Origin: Owenia fusiformis | Lineage: Eukaryota | Assembly: GCA_903813345.2 (NCBI GenBank) | Contig: CAIIXF020000001.1 | Location: forward strand, 23,808,001 to 23,872,000 | Direction: 5' to 3' | DNA length: 64,000 nt | Part shown: positions 52,735 to 64,000 of the stretch, piece after piece | How the letters are laid out: the number at the start of each line of letters is the position of its first letter | Numbering within the stretch: the first letter of the stretch is position 1 | The notes under the pieces: generated by a model | Databases searched by the model: none | The model's input: only the letters and a program-made list of their open reading frames with translations | What the model was told of the DNA's origin: nothing | Program-made: the position numbers and the translations under genes

Positions 52735-53011
52735 TCTGTATTGCTACTAAGATTGTCCCCATTGATTAGCTCCGTAGCAACACAGAAAATATTGGTACGG
52801 AGGGGGCAATCTCTGTAGCAATACAGAGAATACAGAATATTTCTAAGAGATTATCTCCTAAGTAAACTGTATTGGCCTAAGATCACACGATAAAAACGTT
52901 ATAGAATGATTTGAAGTGCAATTCAGGATATATTCTGCTTGAGAAACTTTGTAAATAAAAATGTTATAGAATGATTTGAAGTGCAATACAGGATATATTC
53001 TGCTTGAGAAA
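52735..53011. repeat. Imperfect inverted repeat (52735-52827) followed by a tandem duplication of about 65 bp (52898-53011)
   Basis: TCTGTATTGCTAC..AGATTGTCCCC / GGGGCAATCT..GTAGCAATACAGA; GTTATAGAATGATTTGAAGTGCAAT.CAGGATATATTCTGCTTGAGAAA twice. Confidence 0.7.
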
Positions 53012-53414
53012 TTCTGTATTGGAACGAGACGAAGTAGAGTGCCAATACAGAATATCTTATAATATTGCAGTTGCGGTAAAGACAAAAGATGTGGCCTATT
53101 AGTAGGCATGCTGTTTGACTACCCTGCCGTGATGCATATACATGTAATGTTCAAATGGAATATTGGCCCTTACCCAATTCATGAAAAATACATTAATATG
53201 TAAACTGATAAAGCATATATATAATCTGAGCTTTATCTTGAGCCATTGCACATTGATTTTCACTGTGAATAAATTGCAATTTTTGGTGTTGGTTATTTTT
53301 ATGGCATAATTTATTACTTTTACACATATTTTTGGATCATTATAAAATGATTGAAATTGTGAAGTGATGAGAGTCTTTTACAATATGAGCAAATGAATAA
53401 GTGGATGATGATCA

Positions 53415-54563
53415 TCAGTGACCATTATCCATATTAAGAAGAGGAAGACAAGATAGGACTACAAAACCAATAAAAATGAAGAGCAGTTTCAGTAGGGGAT
53501 CTTGATCATTTGAGATTTCACCAGGTAAAATCTCTAAGAAAAGGACATACAAGAATGTACCTGCAGCCAGTGCCTCAAAAAGTATTGCGACTAAACTCCC
53601 ACCAAATCCTTTGACTTCCCCTAACCCAATCCCAATAGCTACACCAATAGGGATCATTATTACAAACACTATTGAAAGTTTAATGATCGTTGCTACTCTA
53701 AGGTTAGATTTTGCAAGGTTCATCCCAAGAGCAAATGAAACTAGACTTTCATGAATTAAAATTGCTATAAATAAATTAATTATTTTGGTGAGATCAGTTT
53801 GTAGCCCTAGCACCATACCTTCAAATATACCATGAATGCTTAATGCTAGGAGCAAAATAAAGCTCCTAAGTCCAGCAGTCCGTGAACCTTCAGGTATTAT
53901 CATATGGCTATGGCCGTGACCATTATTATGTCCACTTCTATGACCATGTTCTTTACTGGTATTGCAAGCAACATGACTTGGGTCAGCTGCTTGTTTATGT
54001 GTAATCAAACTATTGTACACCTCCTGATCACTATCATCTCCAGAAGTGGATGATGTTGATGAGGTGGTCACAGCAGAATTATTTGATTTATTCCTGTGTG
54101 ATTTGATCTTTCTGGTAATCTCTTTAGGTGTTCTTGAGCTCTTTAATTGTCTTGGCATAGGGCTCTTTGACTTGATTGAGTTTAATTCTAACTCAGCGTC
54201 TGTATCACTGTCCAAGTGACTATATCCATTTTTATTGCATTTCATAACTGCTTTCTCTATGAAGACAACAAGGAAAAACCCTAAAACAACTGCAAATTCA
54301 GTTACAGGGTAATCAATATGTATATCCTCTTTCTTTAAAATGTTATTAAACTTCTCATGTATATTTGGCAAGAGAGCAATGAAGCATGTCCCCAGGAAGA
54401 CACCACCAGCAAAGCAGTTGCAAAAGCTGATGATCCTCTCAGACTTGGAGCTTAGGACTCTGTTAGGGTCTCGTGGAATGATCTTGAGGGGCAGTATGCA
54501 TGCAATGAAGTTCACAGCAAGTATGGCCAATGTACAGAGGCCCCTGGCCAATATGGTATCCAT
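53415..54563 (-). CDS. SLC39A3: ZIP (SLC39A subfamily II, ZIP1/ZIP3-like) zinc transporter, 382 aa, single coding exon
   Basis: Motifs CNCFAGGVFLGTC, YPVTEF, His-rich loop HGHRSGHNNGHGHSH, TM4 LSIHGIFEG, TM5 IHESLVSFALG, ALAAGTFLYVLFLEILP. The ATG at 54563 has an in-frame TAA upstream, after an acceptor at 54621. Exact paralogue (ZIP1 vs ZIP3) is uncertain. Confidence 0.88.
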   Translation of the reverse strand: MDTILARGLCTLAILAVNFIACILPLKIIPRDPNRVLSSKSERIISFCNCFAGGVFLGTCFIALLPNIHEKFNNILKKEDIHIDYPVTEFAVVLGFFLVVFIEKAVMKCNKNGYSHLDSDTDAELELNSIKSKSPMPRQLKSSRTPKEITRKIKSHRNKSNNSAVTTSSTSSTSGDDSDQEVYNSLITHKQAADPSHVACNTSKEHGHRSGHNNGHGHSHMIIPEGSRTAGLRSFILLLALSIHGIFEGMVLGLQTDLTKIINLFIAILIHESLVSFALGMNLAKSNLRVATIIKLSIVFVIMIPIGVAIGIGLGEVKGFGGSLVAILFEALAAGTFLYVLFLEILPGEISNDQDPLLKLLFIFIGFVVLSCLPLLNMDNGH

Positions 54564-55880
54564 GGTTGCTGTTAATGGTGTCAAGAAGTTCTTGCGTTAC
54601 AATGGAAATGTAAACCTCGCCTGGAAATAAATTTAAAAAATCAATGTGATTAATATTAAAGTATAATTCCTTTAAATACAAAAGTTCATCAAAAATAAAT
54701 ATTGATTTTTAATGCCTTAAATTTGCAATTCCTTAAGTTTCCTTGTTAACTTCCTTAGTATGGTGAGAATTTTTGAGAATTTTCACGCATCCACTACAAG
54801 TGTACTAAATTATCTATATCTTTTATTCAGTATAAGTCAAACAGTGATCAAATGTTACAAAAGAGAATCAGTTAAATTAAACTTGGTTTACCTAGCTCTA
54901 ATCCTAATTCAGAGATTGATTAATTTGCTATGAATGCAGATACAGCTGTTCAATCTAACATGCTAAACTGTTGCTGTCTAACTTGTATTGATTTTGTAAT
55001 AAGCAAGATGACATTGCACATTGATGCATATGTACCACAAGCATGTAGATTAATACTTAATAGCATCAATTGTATAAGTCTATTTTTGTTTATGTTTTTC
55101 ACCTCGGGTATTAGTTCAGTTAGTTTGATTAACATTTAAATATTACCTCATGACCCACCTACATATCCGAAATATGAGTTACCATGGGAACCATATTTTT
55201 TTTCCAATAAGTGGATAATGGGACAAACAAAAAACTGTTCAAATTTAAAGTAAAAGTCACAAAACTGTTATTTTAGGAGACTTTTTCTCAAAGGTTATCA
55301 ATCAATGAGGTACTCATGCCCTGTCATTAGATGGAAAAAATGAACAAAGGGAGAGGAACCGATTTCTGCTTGAAAGTTAGCAATCTTGGAAGATTCATTT
55401 TTCCCCTATAAAGTTTACGAATAAATCTCTAAATGAATAGGTGCAATGTATTTAATAATTTTATCTTAACTGATACACTTCTAAGGTGTGAGATCTTTTA
55501 AAAAAGGGTGCAAGGCCACCAACGTGCACAAATCAGTGTTTTTGCTATAAATCAAGACAATGGTCTACATGACCTCTAATTAATACTTATAAGTGACATT
55601 TTTATTACAAAAATAATGCCATTGTTAGTTTTTCAAAACAAGTTTCTTGCAGATTTGAAGCATTTCCTTGCAGAAATCAGCTACTCTCCCCTCTGTTCAT
55701 CTTTTCCGACCACATAGCGTAAAACTACTATTCTTTATTAAAGATATTAACAGATGAATCTGAATATGAATGATATTATTTTCTCTGCTCTATAAATAAT
55801 AACAATCCCTTTAATAGGTATTAGATATGCTGTTGTTTCATGGTTAACTTGACATGTATACAACTTACAAACATGATGTA

Positions 55881-56300
55881 AATAGAGGATATCCTATGAT
55901 TTATGAGTGATATGATTTTTATCCACGAATTGAGAGTGCAGATGTCAATATCCATGAGTGGATTAAAATCATATCACAAGTAAATTAAGTGATTTAATTC
56001 GAATTTCCCAAATGATCCGCCGATGTTGACACTTAGCCTCGTTTTGAGTCTGAAGTAGCAAAAATCCATAATTCATAGCATACGGCGCCGTATGTCATGG
56101 CTGAAACACCGTATGCTATGGTTAAATGAAAATAAAATATGATATTTTTGACAAATTTTCACTTAACCATAGCATACGGTGTTTCAGCCATGACATACAG
56201 CGCCATATCCAAACTCTCTCGCTACGCTCGCTCGTGCAGATATCATATCCATTCGTGGATAAAAATCATATCACTCATAAATCATAGGATATCCTCTATT
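55881..56300. mobile_element. TA-flanked palindromic MITE with about 50-bp TIRs and a long internal hairpin; degraded relative at about 58840-58973
   Basis: TA|AATAGAGGATATCCTATGATTTATGAGTGATATGATTTTTATCCACGAAT ... reverse complement|TA; internal IR about 56083-56205. Confidence 0.85.
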
Positions 56301-56704
56301 TACCACTGATTACAAAAATACTGTGTAATCCTATGAATAGCATGCTTGAGAATGATCATATATCTCTGGCTATCCTTTCTAAAGTCATTGCCTAATTTTT
56401 GAAGAGTGGAGAATTCCTAACAACAAATTATTTTCATTTTTCAAAATAATATTCCATATTTATTTTCGAAGTTGCAATTGAAGAATGATCAGAAAACAAT
56501 CCTTATCCTCACAGGGCTCCAAGTTCAGAACATTCATAAGGAGATTCTGGACACATGTACCCTTTGCATTCGTTTGACTTCACTTCTTAAAAGAGAGCTT
56601 CGTCGTGTAGTTTAACTAGACTCTGCACACAGGGTAGGACACATGCTTTGGAGGATGTAAATTTTAGAATTTGTCTTCATCATTTAAGTCTGACACACAA
56701 TATT

Positions 56705-58620
56705 TTTTTTTTTTTAAGGTTATTTTATTTCCATATTTAGGACATGTATAAACATACAATAATACAATATTACATGAATATGGAGAAACAAGCCTACGTT
56801 TGCACATTATTGGCTTGTGAAAATACATTTTATACAGCAGATATTTACACATACAATAGTAGTGTCATTATTTACATAAATGCAGTGTTCAGATGGGATG
56901 AAGATGAGTGATGATGATATGAAATTTGGCAAGGTACAGTAGCTATGGCACTTCACAATATTTTGTTAATAAAATCTGATGATAGATTTATAAGTGTTGA
57001 GTTAAGCTTTGGTGATAGTTCTTTATCACCAAATAAAATCATATCAACCTTGTCATATTTACGTTTACTGGAGAAAAGTTTGAGGTCAGGGTCAGCTTGC
57101 TGGGAGAGACTTAGGAGAAATGTTTGTCTTGCATCATGTGTAAGAGGGCAATCAAGCAAATAGTGTACCTTTGTCTGGTTTCGAAACCCACATGGACAAC
57201 TTGGATCTTGGTAATTTACAAAGTTGTGCCGGAAAAAATCAGAGCGCAAAGACAGGTCACATCTCATTCGATTTAGTTTTATTTCCAAAGGTCTCTGGAT
57301 ATTTAAATGGGGTGTCAAAGCAGAGATCATTTTAGTCTTTTTGAAAAAGTGATTTGCATATGATCTTTTGAACTGTGACTTAGTTTCTTTGTTTTTGATT
57401 TGCACTGGGATAGGTATCCATATTTTAATAGGAGATATTGCAGGCGAATTTAGGAATTTTGATGATGCAGAGGCTGGGATTATATATTGACGTTGAGTTC
57501 TTAGTCCTGGTCTATAAGCTGGGTTTAAAAGAGGTGTGTATATATCTTGAACATAGGTGGGGACCATTTCTCTGTTGACTTTGAACATTAATATTGCCTT
57601 CTTTTCCTGTCTACGCTCAAGTAAGGATTTCCATCCCAAGGCTTGTAAAACTTTGTCAAAATTTGATCCGGTGATAGCACCTGAAACTATAAGCGCAGCA
57701 CGATAGTGAATTCTATTGAGCTTTTCAATATGGACTCTTGAGGAGGAGTCAATAAAAGTTGAGCCTTGTTCTAAATGAGGAAGGATAAATGATGTATACA
57801 TTGTCTCCAAGTGTTTTGATGAAATTTTTGACTTTAGAAACAGAAGTGGATTGAGCATTTTGCTAGTTTTCAAAACAATGGCATTGATGTGTTCCTCAAA
57901 ATTTAGATGTTCATCAAGAATGATTCCCAGGTGTTTGTGACTATGGACTCTCTGAATTTGGTCATTATTTAAGAAAAGGGGTTGGTAATTTCTTAACTTT
58001 GCTCTTGGCTTTTTAAAGATTACCTCTCTCGTTTTACTAGGCTTAAATTTCATTTTCCATTTATTTGACCACAAATGTATTTTATTTAGATCAGACTGGA
58101 GTATATTGTGAGAGAGTGTAGTATTATCATTATAGGACACTTGAGCATAAATCGAAGTGTCATCAGCATAAATGAAACATGTGGAGTCTAGAATATCTGG
58201 AAGGTCATTTATGTACATTAGAAAGAAAATCGGTCCAAGAATGGATCCCTGAGGAACTCCAGAGTTTATGTATCCTATTTGAGACCAGATAGAGAAATCT
58301 GAGTTTACTTTTGTTCGTACTCTACGTTCACTTAAGTATGAAGAAAAAAGGTTAATGATATTTTCACCGAAACCATATGATTTTATTTTATGAAGAAGTA
58401 GCTCGTGTGGAATTTTGTCAAACGCAGATTCTATATCTAAAAATAGAGTTCTAACGTCTTTGTTACTTTCAAAAGATGTCATTATATAATTTGTTATACT
58501 TAAAAGTTGGTATTCAACACTATGCCCTGGCAGAAATCCAGATTGGTTTTTAAAGAGTAATTGATTTTCTATTAAGTGTTTAAGCATTTTCTGATGTATT
58601 ATTCGCTCACATAGTTTGCC
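56705..58620 (-). mobile_element. 5'-truncated CR1-group non-LTR retrotransposon with reverse transcriptase domain
   Basis: ORF 56953-58623 has QSGFLPGHS, LDIESAFDKI, GVPQGSILGP, YADD, HKHLG and C-terminal CPCG...HYLLDCP. Poly(A) tail near 56703-56715. 11-bp TSD CACACAATATT at 56694-56704 and 58621-58631. Confidence 0.95.
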
Positions 58621-59479
58621 CACACAATATTATATTAGATACACTTGTTTTCTGCAATTAAAATATAAAATAGCTACCTAATTTGGACTATTTGGACAGA
58701 TATTATCTTTCATCAAAATTCATAGGATAGTCATTCATAGTTATACTGATATTTATCCAGTAATATTTATTTTTCCATTAGCTGAATAATAAGCATGTAT
58801 TGTTGATTGCATGACATCACGTTGTAAATGTACTATGGGATAAATAGGATATCCTATGAATTTTCATGATATCATTCTAATCTACTCATTCGCTATGCTT
58901 GCTTATCCAGATATTGATATCAACTCGTGGATAAACATGATATCACTCAAAATCATAGGATATCCTACATTTATTGGGGGAGAATATCAATATAGATATC
59001 TTCCATCACTGACAATATTCCTTTCTCAATAATATCTATACTTTCCCTTAAGATATACTCTACTTCTAATCCCTCCTCATGTATAACTCTAGTATTGTTG
59101 CAATTATATAATTATCAGCTATCTACAGCTATCTTCAAAATTTAGAATTTGGCCAAAGCTAAATTCAGTTTACACCAAAATAAATGCTGGTGTCTCCCTA
59201 GCCGCCATGTTAAAAGCAGCAATGCTTTCCATATATGACCTGTAACTTTGGATAAGCTTTAAAATGATGTATGACACATACTATGAGGACAATGGTACAC
59301 ATCTGCCTAGGGGGGGGGGCATACTTTCGGGACACCCTGTATTACCTATTCATTGGATAATCGTGTTTGCCAATGGCCTCCTGTGCTAGATATACATTAA
59401 AATCATGACAACCCACAAGTTCCATTAATTTTCATATTAATACAATGTATAAAATAACATACATGTATGTTGTCCTTAC

Positions 59480-59558
59480 ATTATAGTCCCAAAGTGGAAG
59501 TGTCATTCTTAATGGCCACCTTCATCTCATCATTCTTATGTTCAATATCAGCCTTAAC
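59480..59558 (-). other. Probable non-coding 5'UTR exon of the ZIP gene
   Basis: Acceptor tgttttttcag at 59559 and donor AAT|gtaagg at 59479 on the minus strand. The ZIP coding exon begins with an acceptor, so upstream exons must exist. Confidence 0.4.
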
Positions 59559-60184
59559 CTGAAAAAAACATGGAATCTTAGAATAACATAATAGTAATGC
59601 AATAAACAACTTCATGCAGTATTTCAGTATGAATTCCATGTATAAACTGGAGATGAAAAAAGGCTAGAACAACTAAAACATAGTACCATGGGTACTGCGC
59701 TCACATGGGAAGGTTTCAATATTTATTAAGAGCTGACAATAAAAATCTGAAACAATTTTTCCAATACAATAAAAAACTCTCTAGGTGAAACACCTTTGAA
59801 ACCTCTAAAAGTGTTTATCTTGGGACTCTGAAAAGTGTTCTACTTGGAAGGTACATTTAAACAATAAGAAAGGTTATTTTGGGACTCTGAAAAGTGTTCT
59901 ACTAACAGAGATGTTGCATATTGCTGGAGGTGTAAACAAGGAAAACTGGTTGATATTATTCCCCTAGTTGATATTCAACTGATTGCATGCCCTTTATTGG
60001 GTTTCATTGTGTAAAAAATGAGAAAAAACTGGGTAGCCCGGTAGCCGAGGTTCCGGGTGACTGAGTACCTAACAGTCCTCACAGGGTTTAAATTTGATTT
60101 TTTTTCTTTCATGCTCAAAATGCATCTTAATAGTCATAACACTTGCCAGTGCTGAATATGTCCAAAACTACTTGGCCTTAACTA

Positions 60185-60661
60185 CAGGGTAAGCCAAAAA
60201 AGGTAACCCAAACAAATCAGTCCCCGAGTATGGGTTCTAAGTCACATTTGACACAATTGAACCTTGTTCGATGTTCTTTCATTCTAGTAAGCTTAGTCTA
60301 TTCCAAATGCCAAAACATACTGAAATAATGACATGCTTCGTGGAAGCTCATTTTCTATAAGGGCATTGGCACGTGACGCGTCAGGATTGGACCCCAAGGA
60401 TATGAACCCCAAGAAGACCGTTAGGGTTATTTCAAAGATAATGTGTACACTCAATCCGATGTGTTCAAGTTTGCCTCAAAAACAAGATTTGCATTTTGAG
60501 CATGTTTTGTAAAATGCTCATAAAATTGTGATCATCTGGAATAATAGACAAATTAAACTTAGTAGAATGAAAGAAAATTGAACAATGTTATATGACTTAA
60601 ATCTCATATCGGATGACTGAGTTATTAAGATTTGATTGGGTAACATTTTTAGCTCTCCATG
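60185..60661. mobile_element. Tc1/mariner-type MITE
   Basis: TA|CAGGGTAAGCCAAAAAAGGTAACCCAAACAAATC ... GATTTGATTGGGTAACATTTTTAGCTCTCCATG|TA (imperfect TIRs). Confidence 0.7.
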
Positions 60662-60713
60662 TAGTAAGATTTACAAACATAACAGATCCTCTCCCTAAGG
60701 GCATTACACAGTA

Positions 60714-61775
60714 CAGTAAAATCTGTCTAATCCGAACATACCCATGGGCCCAGACAAAAGCGTTCAAATTGGCAGGTGTTCAAATTTGGAGGATTTTGCT
60801 GGTCGGGGGATTTTCATTGTTCAGTCCACTTATTGCACAGAAAACAATACATGTTTTTGATGAGTTAATTCTACAATAGGCTATGTTTTATTTATATTTT
60901 GAATAATTTCATCATTTTAGTAAAAGCAACTCTTATATTTTGGCAAAAACTTTGTAATACACTGTAAAAGTATATGATAGTCTCATACGAAATCTTATGC
61001 TTATCAAATGGCTTATCCCATATTATGGTTATATAGCACTGCTTAACTTTTGCTTGAAAAAGTCCTTCATTGTTGCTTGTTTCTTGGCACTTTTAGCATT
61101 ATAGCAATATTTGAGTATCATATCCTCTTCAACAGTTCAAGTAAAAAGAATTTTTCATGAGTGTTCATTCGAGATGATGTATAATCCTTCAAAATATCAA
61201 GGGCATTCAGGATGTCAGATGTATGCCTTTTTAGGAGACATTTTAGTGATAGGATATTACGAAGTTGAATTTTTTCTCTTTCTCGTGATATAATCTTGTC
61301 TGCAAATGTCGTCTGTGTTGTCTTTGTGATTATAAAACATTTACTGATTGAATCTTAGCTATCGTAACAGACCCATGGGATATAAAACAGGATAAACCAA
61401 TTAACTCCTGTATTCACACCTTTCCAAAACATCCTGTGTTTTCCACAAAGGGATGTCATTGAGACTAAATAAGTTAATTAGGACAATATTGGTTCTTTGA
61501 TTACATTGTATATGTAAAGATAAATAACAACTATAACACTGACTCAATATTTGGCTTTAATTGAAATGTCCAGACATTTGATTTCTGATAAAAATGTTCA
61601 GATTAGACAGGTCACTTTTTCAAATCTGGTTGCTCACTGTTCAATTTAGGAGGTGTTTTGATTTCAAGGTTTTTTTAACATGGGAGTCAATGGGGGGAAA
61701 AATGGGACCGAAAAAAAGTGTTCAAATTGGAAGGTGTTCGGATTAGTCAGGTGTTCAGATATACAGATTCTACTG
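60714..61775 (-). mobile_element. Internally deleted pogo/Tigger-like transposon
   Basis: TA|CAGTAAAATCTGTCTAATCCGAACA ... TGTTCAGATATACAGATTCTACTG|TA. A frameshifted minus-strand remnant reads DILNALDILKDY ... AKKQATMKDFFK*, like the pogo-type transposase C-terminal PIP box (61056-61079). Confidence 0.78.
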
Positions 61776-61777
61776 TA

Positions 61778-62754
61778 CTGTCAACCCCCAATGATTTTCT
61801 CGTGGGACAGATTTTTTTGACACAGTGCCAAAAATTTGCAGAATTTTGCAGGACATCAACCTGAATTCGCGGGATTTCGGGGGACATTTAAGGGATTTGT
61901 GTGATTGCTCTAATAGGTCAAATTTTGATCAAATTTGCGTATTTCGCGGGACCATTCGAGCAACAAACACGCTAATTGCGGGACAGTTAACAGTGTAACC
62001 ACCAAAGACTTCATAGAGGTTTTTTAGACAAAGTGCCCTAAATTCGCAGGATTTTGCAGGACATCCACCTAAATTTTTGGGATGTCACAGGACATTCAAG
62101 GGATTTGCGTGATTGGGACTTAATGTAAAAGTACTCAAATCAAACTTTCAGATACTGATTTATCAAATATAATGCACTTAACTTAAGTAAACGTCAACAC
62201 AATTCCACACAATATGCATAGAAATATTATTAAACTATCAAAAAAACACGCTTTGCTTTTAGGTGTGAGTACCGTAATCCAACACGAAATTCAAAAATTC
62301 TGAACAATACTTTGCACTTATGGGGTTCATGACCAACTATGAAACATTTACCCCCCATAGTGTTATACATTAAAACGTACCTATTCATATAGGGGTTTGA
62401 TTAATCTACATCAAATTTTAGGGAGTCAGGTTTCTTTTCGAGATATGAGTGTCCATTTATTGGAACTCGCATTTGAGAAAAATGAAAATTGCACTCTTCC
62501 TCTTTATTTTGATACCAAATAATGGCACACTAGGTACTTGAGAAGCCAACTACATGGACTATATTCTCTTTCCAAAAGCAGTCTTCGATGATCTGATTAT
62601 TTAGCCTCGGGGATAGTTACAATTTTGAAAATTCACGGAGGTCAAAGCTGACATTTGCGGGACTTCGCGGGACATTGCTGGACACGCGAATGAGCCAAAT
62701 TTTGATCAAATTCTCGGGTTAATCCCGCCATTCGCGGGACATTCGACAGCTCTG
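61778..62754. mobile_element. hAT-like non-autonomous element with (T)CGCGGGAC subterminal repeats
   Basis: Many GCGGGAC/CAGGAC motifs at 61800-62110 and 62655-62745; right end TCGACAGCTCTG. Confidence 0.55.
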
Positions 62755-62924
62755 GTTACACCTTAAAGGCGTGGTGCAAGGAAACACTAGCACTCATATA
62801 GATGCCAACCACCGAACCAACTGACATCCACCTCAACATACTAGCCATCCAACCAATCAAGTAACCAGCTAACCAACCATTCCGATACTGAAACATACTC
62901 AATATTATGAGGCATACATGTATG

Positions 62925-63031
62925 TAACCAAACCCGTCTGGCCCAGTTATCTACTCCCGAAGTCGTAGATCTACGACATCGGGAGTACTATGACGTCGGG
63001 AGTAGATAACTGGCCCACACGGGTTTGGTTA
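62925..63031. mobile_element. 107-bp palindromic mini-element with 7-bp TSD
   Basis: TAACCAAACCCGT.TGG.CCAGTTATCTACTCCCGA arms; ATGTATG at 62918-62924 and 63032-63038. Confidence 0.82.
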
Positions 63032-64000
63032 ATGTATGATATAGTGTTCTGTGATCTGAGCCTTTGATTGAAACACTATATTTTTTATTAAATATCGAGC
63101 ATAGGAGACAGGTTACCTGAAAAGGAAGATAGATATCATTAGAGGTCTATCTCTTATCTAAACAAGGACTGAAACTGAGGCAAGTCTACCCTGGCTGAAA
63201 TCAGCTCTGAAATAACAATTACTGCATGTCAAGCCGTCATTCAATGCTGATTTTGTAGAAAACAGATCTGTCCATCCTTCTACATGTGAGTTTTTCCCAT
63301 AAAGATGCTTAATTAAGTAGAAATTCATCAAATTATACCCCTAGAATATCAAAGTTCAACTGTACATCAATCGCGTGAGGAAAAAAAACAAATCCATTCT
63401 TCACCTTCTGTTCACAAACCCTTCTTCTTCTTCTTGGAAAAGTTGTCCCTCATTTGACTAACAGCAAATGTGTATGTTTATGCAGCAATATATGTTAGTT
63501 TAGAAAATGATTAATTACAATCTTACCTGTACTTCACAGAAACATCCTAAGTATGAAAATATTTCACTAAAAATACATGCTTCCATTTTGTCACATGTTC
63601 ATAATAATTTACATATTGACCATGTGATGTTGACAGGGAGTGTAAACGAACCTAGCGTACAGGAAATATGTTATGATATTTATTAAGAAATTAGGTATGG
63701 TAATCATTATTAATTAAGCATTAAGTATTAAGCCCCCAACCCACTTCACAAAGTTCATGAAGTACCAAGGAAAGACCAAATATTAAATAAATTAGAAAAA
63801 TTGGAATTTCCCAAAAAATCAAGTGGGCGATAATAGAGTCTCTGAAACATTAAATTTTTCCTCCATTAACTTATTACATACATTATTATTAGATAATATT
63901 AGTTTGATATGGTGTGGAAAGCACACAATGATAGATAATTATCGGGAGTATGCATTGAAAATTACAAAATATGTCACTTTTGCCATGTTTCAGAGGCTCT

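Noticed and set aside
54564-54584. ORF-track N-terminus MTPLTAT for the ZIP protein
   Set aside because: Starts at TTG; the first ATG in frame is 54563.

Overview
AT-rich, intron-rich animal genomic DNA; the repeat families suggest a marine invertebrate, probably a lophotrochozoan (inference). Four host genes were assembled exon by exon with GT-AG boundaries and consistent intron phases. (1) Metaxin-2, minus strand, 1831-18288. (2) A head-to-head ZNF654/ZNF292/RLF-family gene, plus strand, 18616-38063, about 2800 aa, with one 7.2-kb exon. (3) OGFOD1/TPA1 prolyl hydroxylase, plus strand, 43359-50571. (4) A ZIP1/3-type zinc transporter, minus strand, 53415-54563. Introns and intergenic DNA carry two 5'-truncated CR1-group LINEs with intact target-site duplications, a 2.1-kb CCC...GGG element with long TIRs, several TA-flanked MITEs, Helentron-associated-like repeats and a 35-bp minisatellite. 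The most interesting signal is in metaxin-2. It has three tandem, paralogous, phase-compatible alternative last exons that swap the end of the GST-C domain and the C-terminal tail. These tails carry 0, 1 or 2 LIR-like (Atg8/LC3-binding) motifs, suggesting a possible splice-switched mitophagy adaptor. That functional reading is untested inference.
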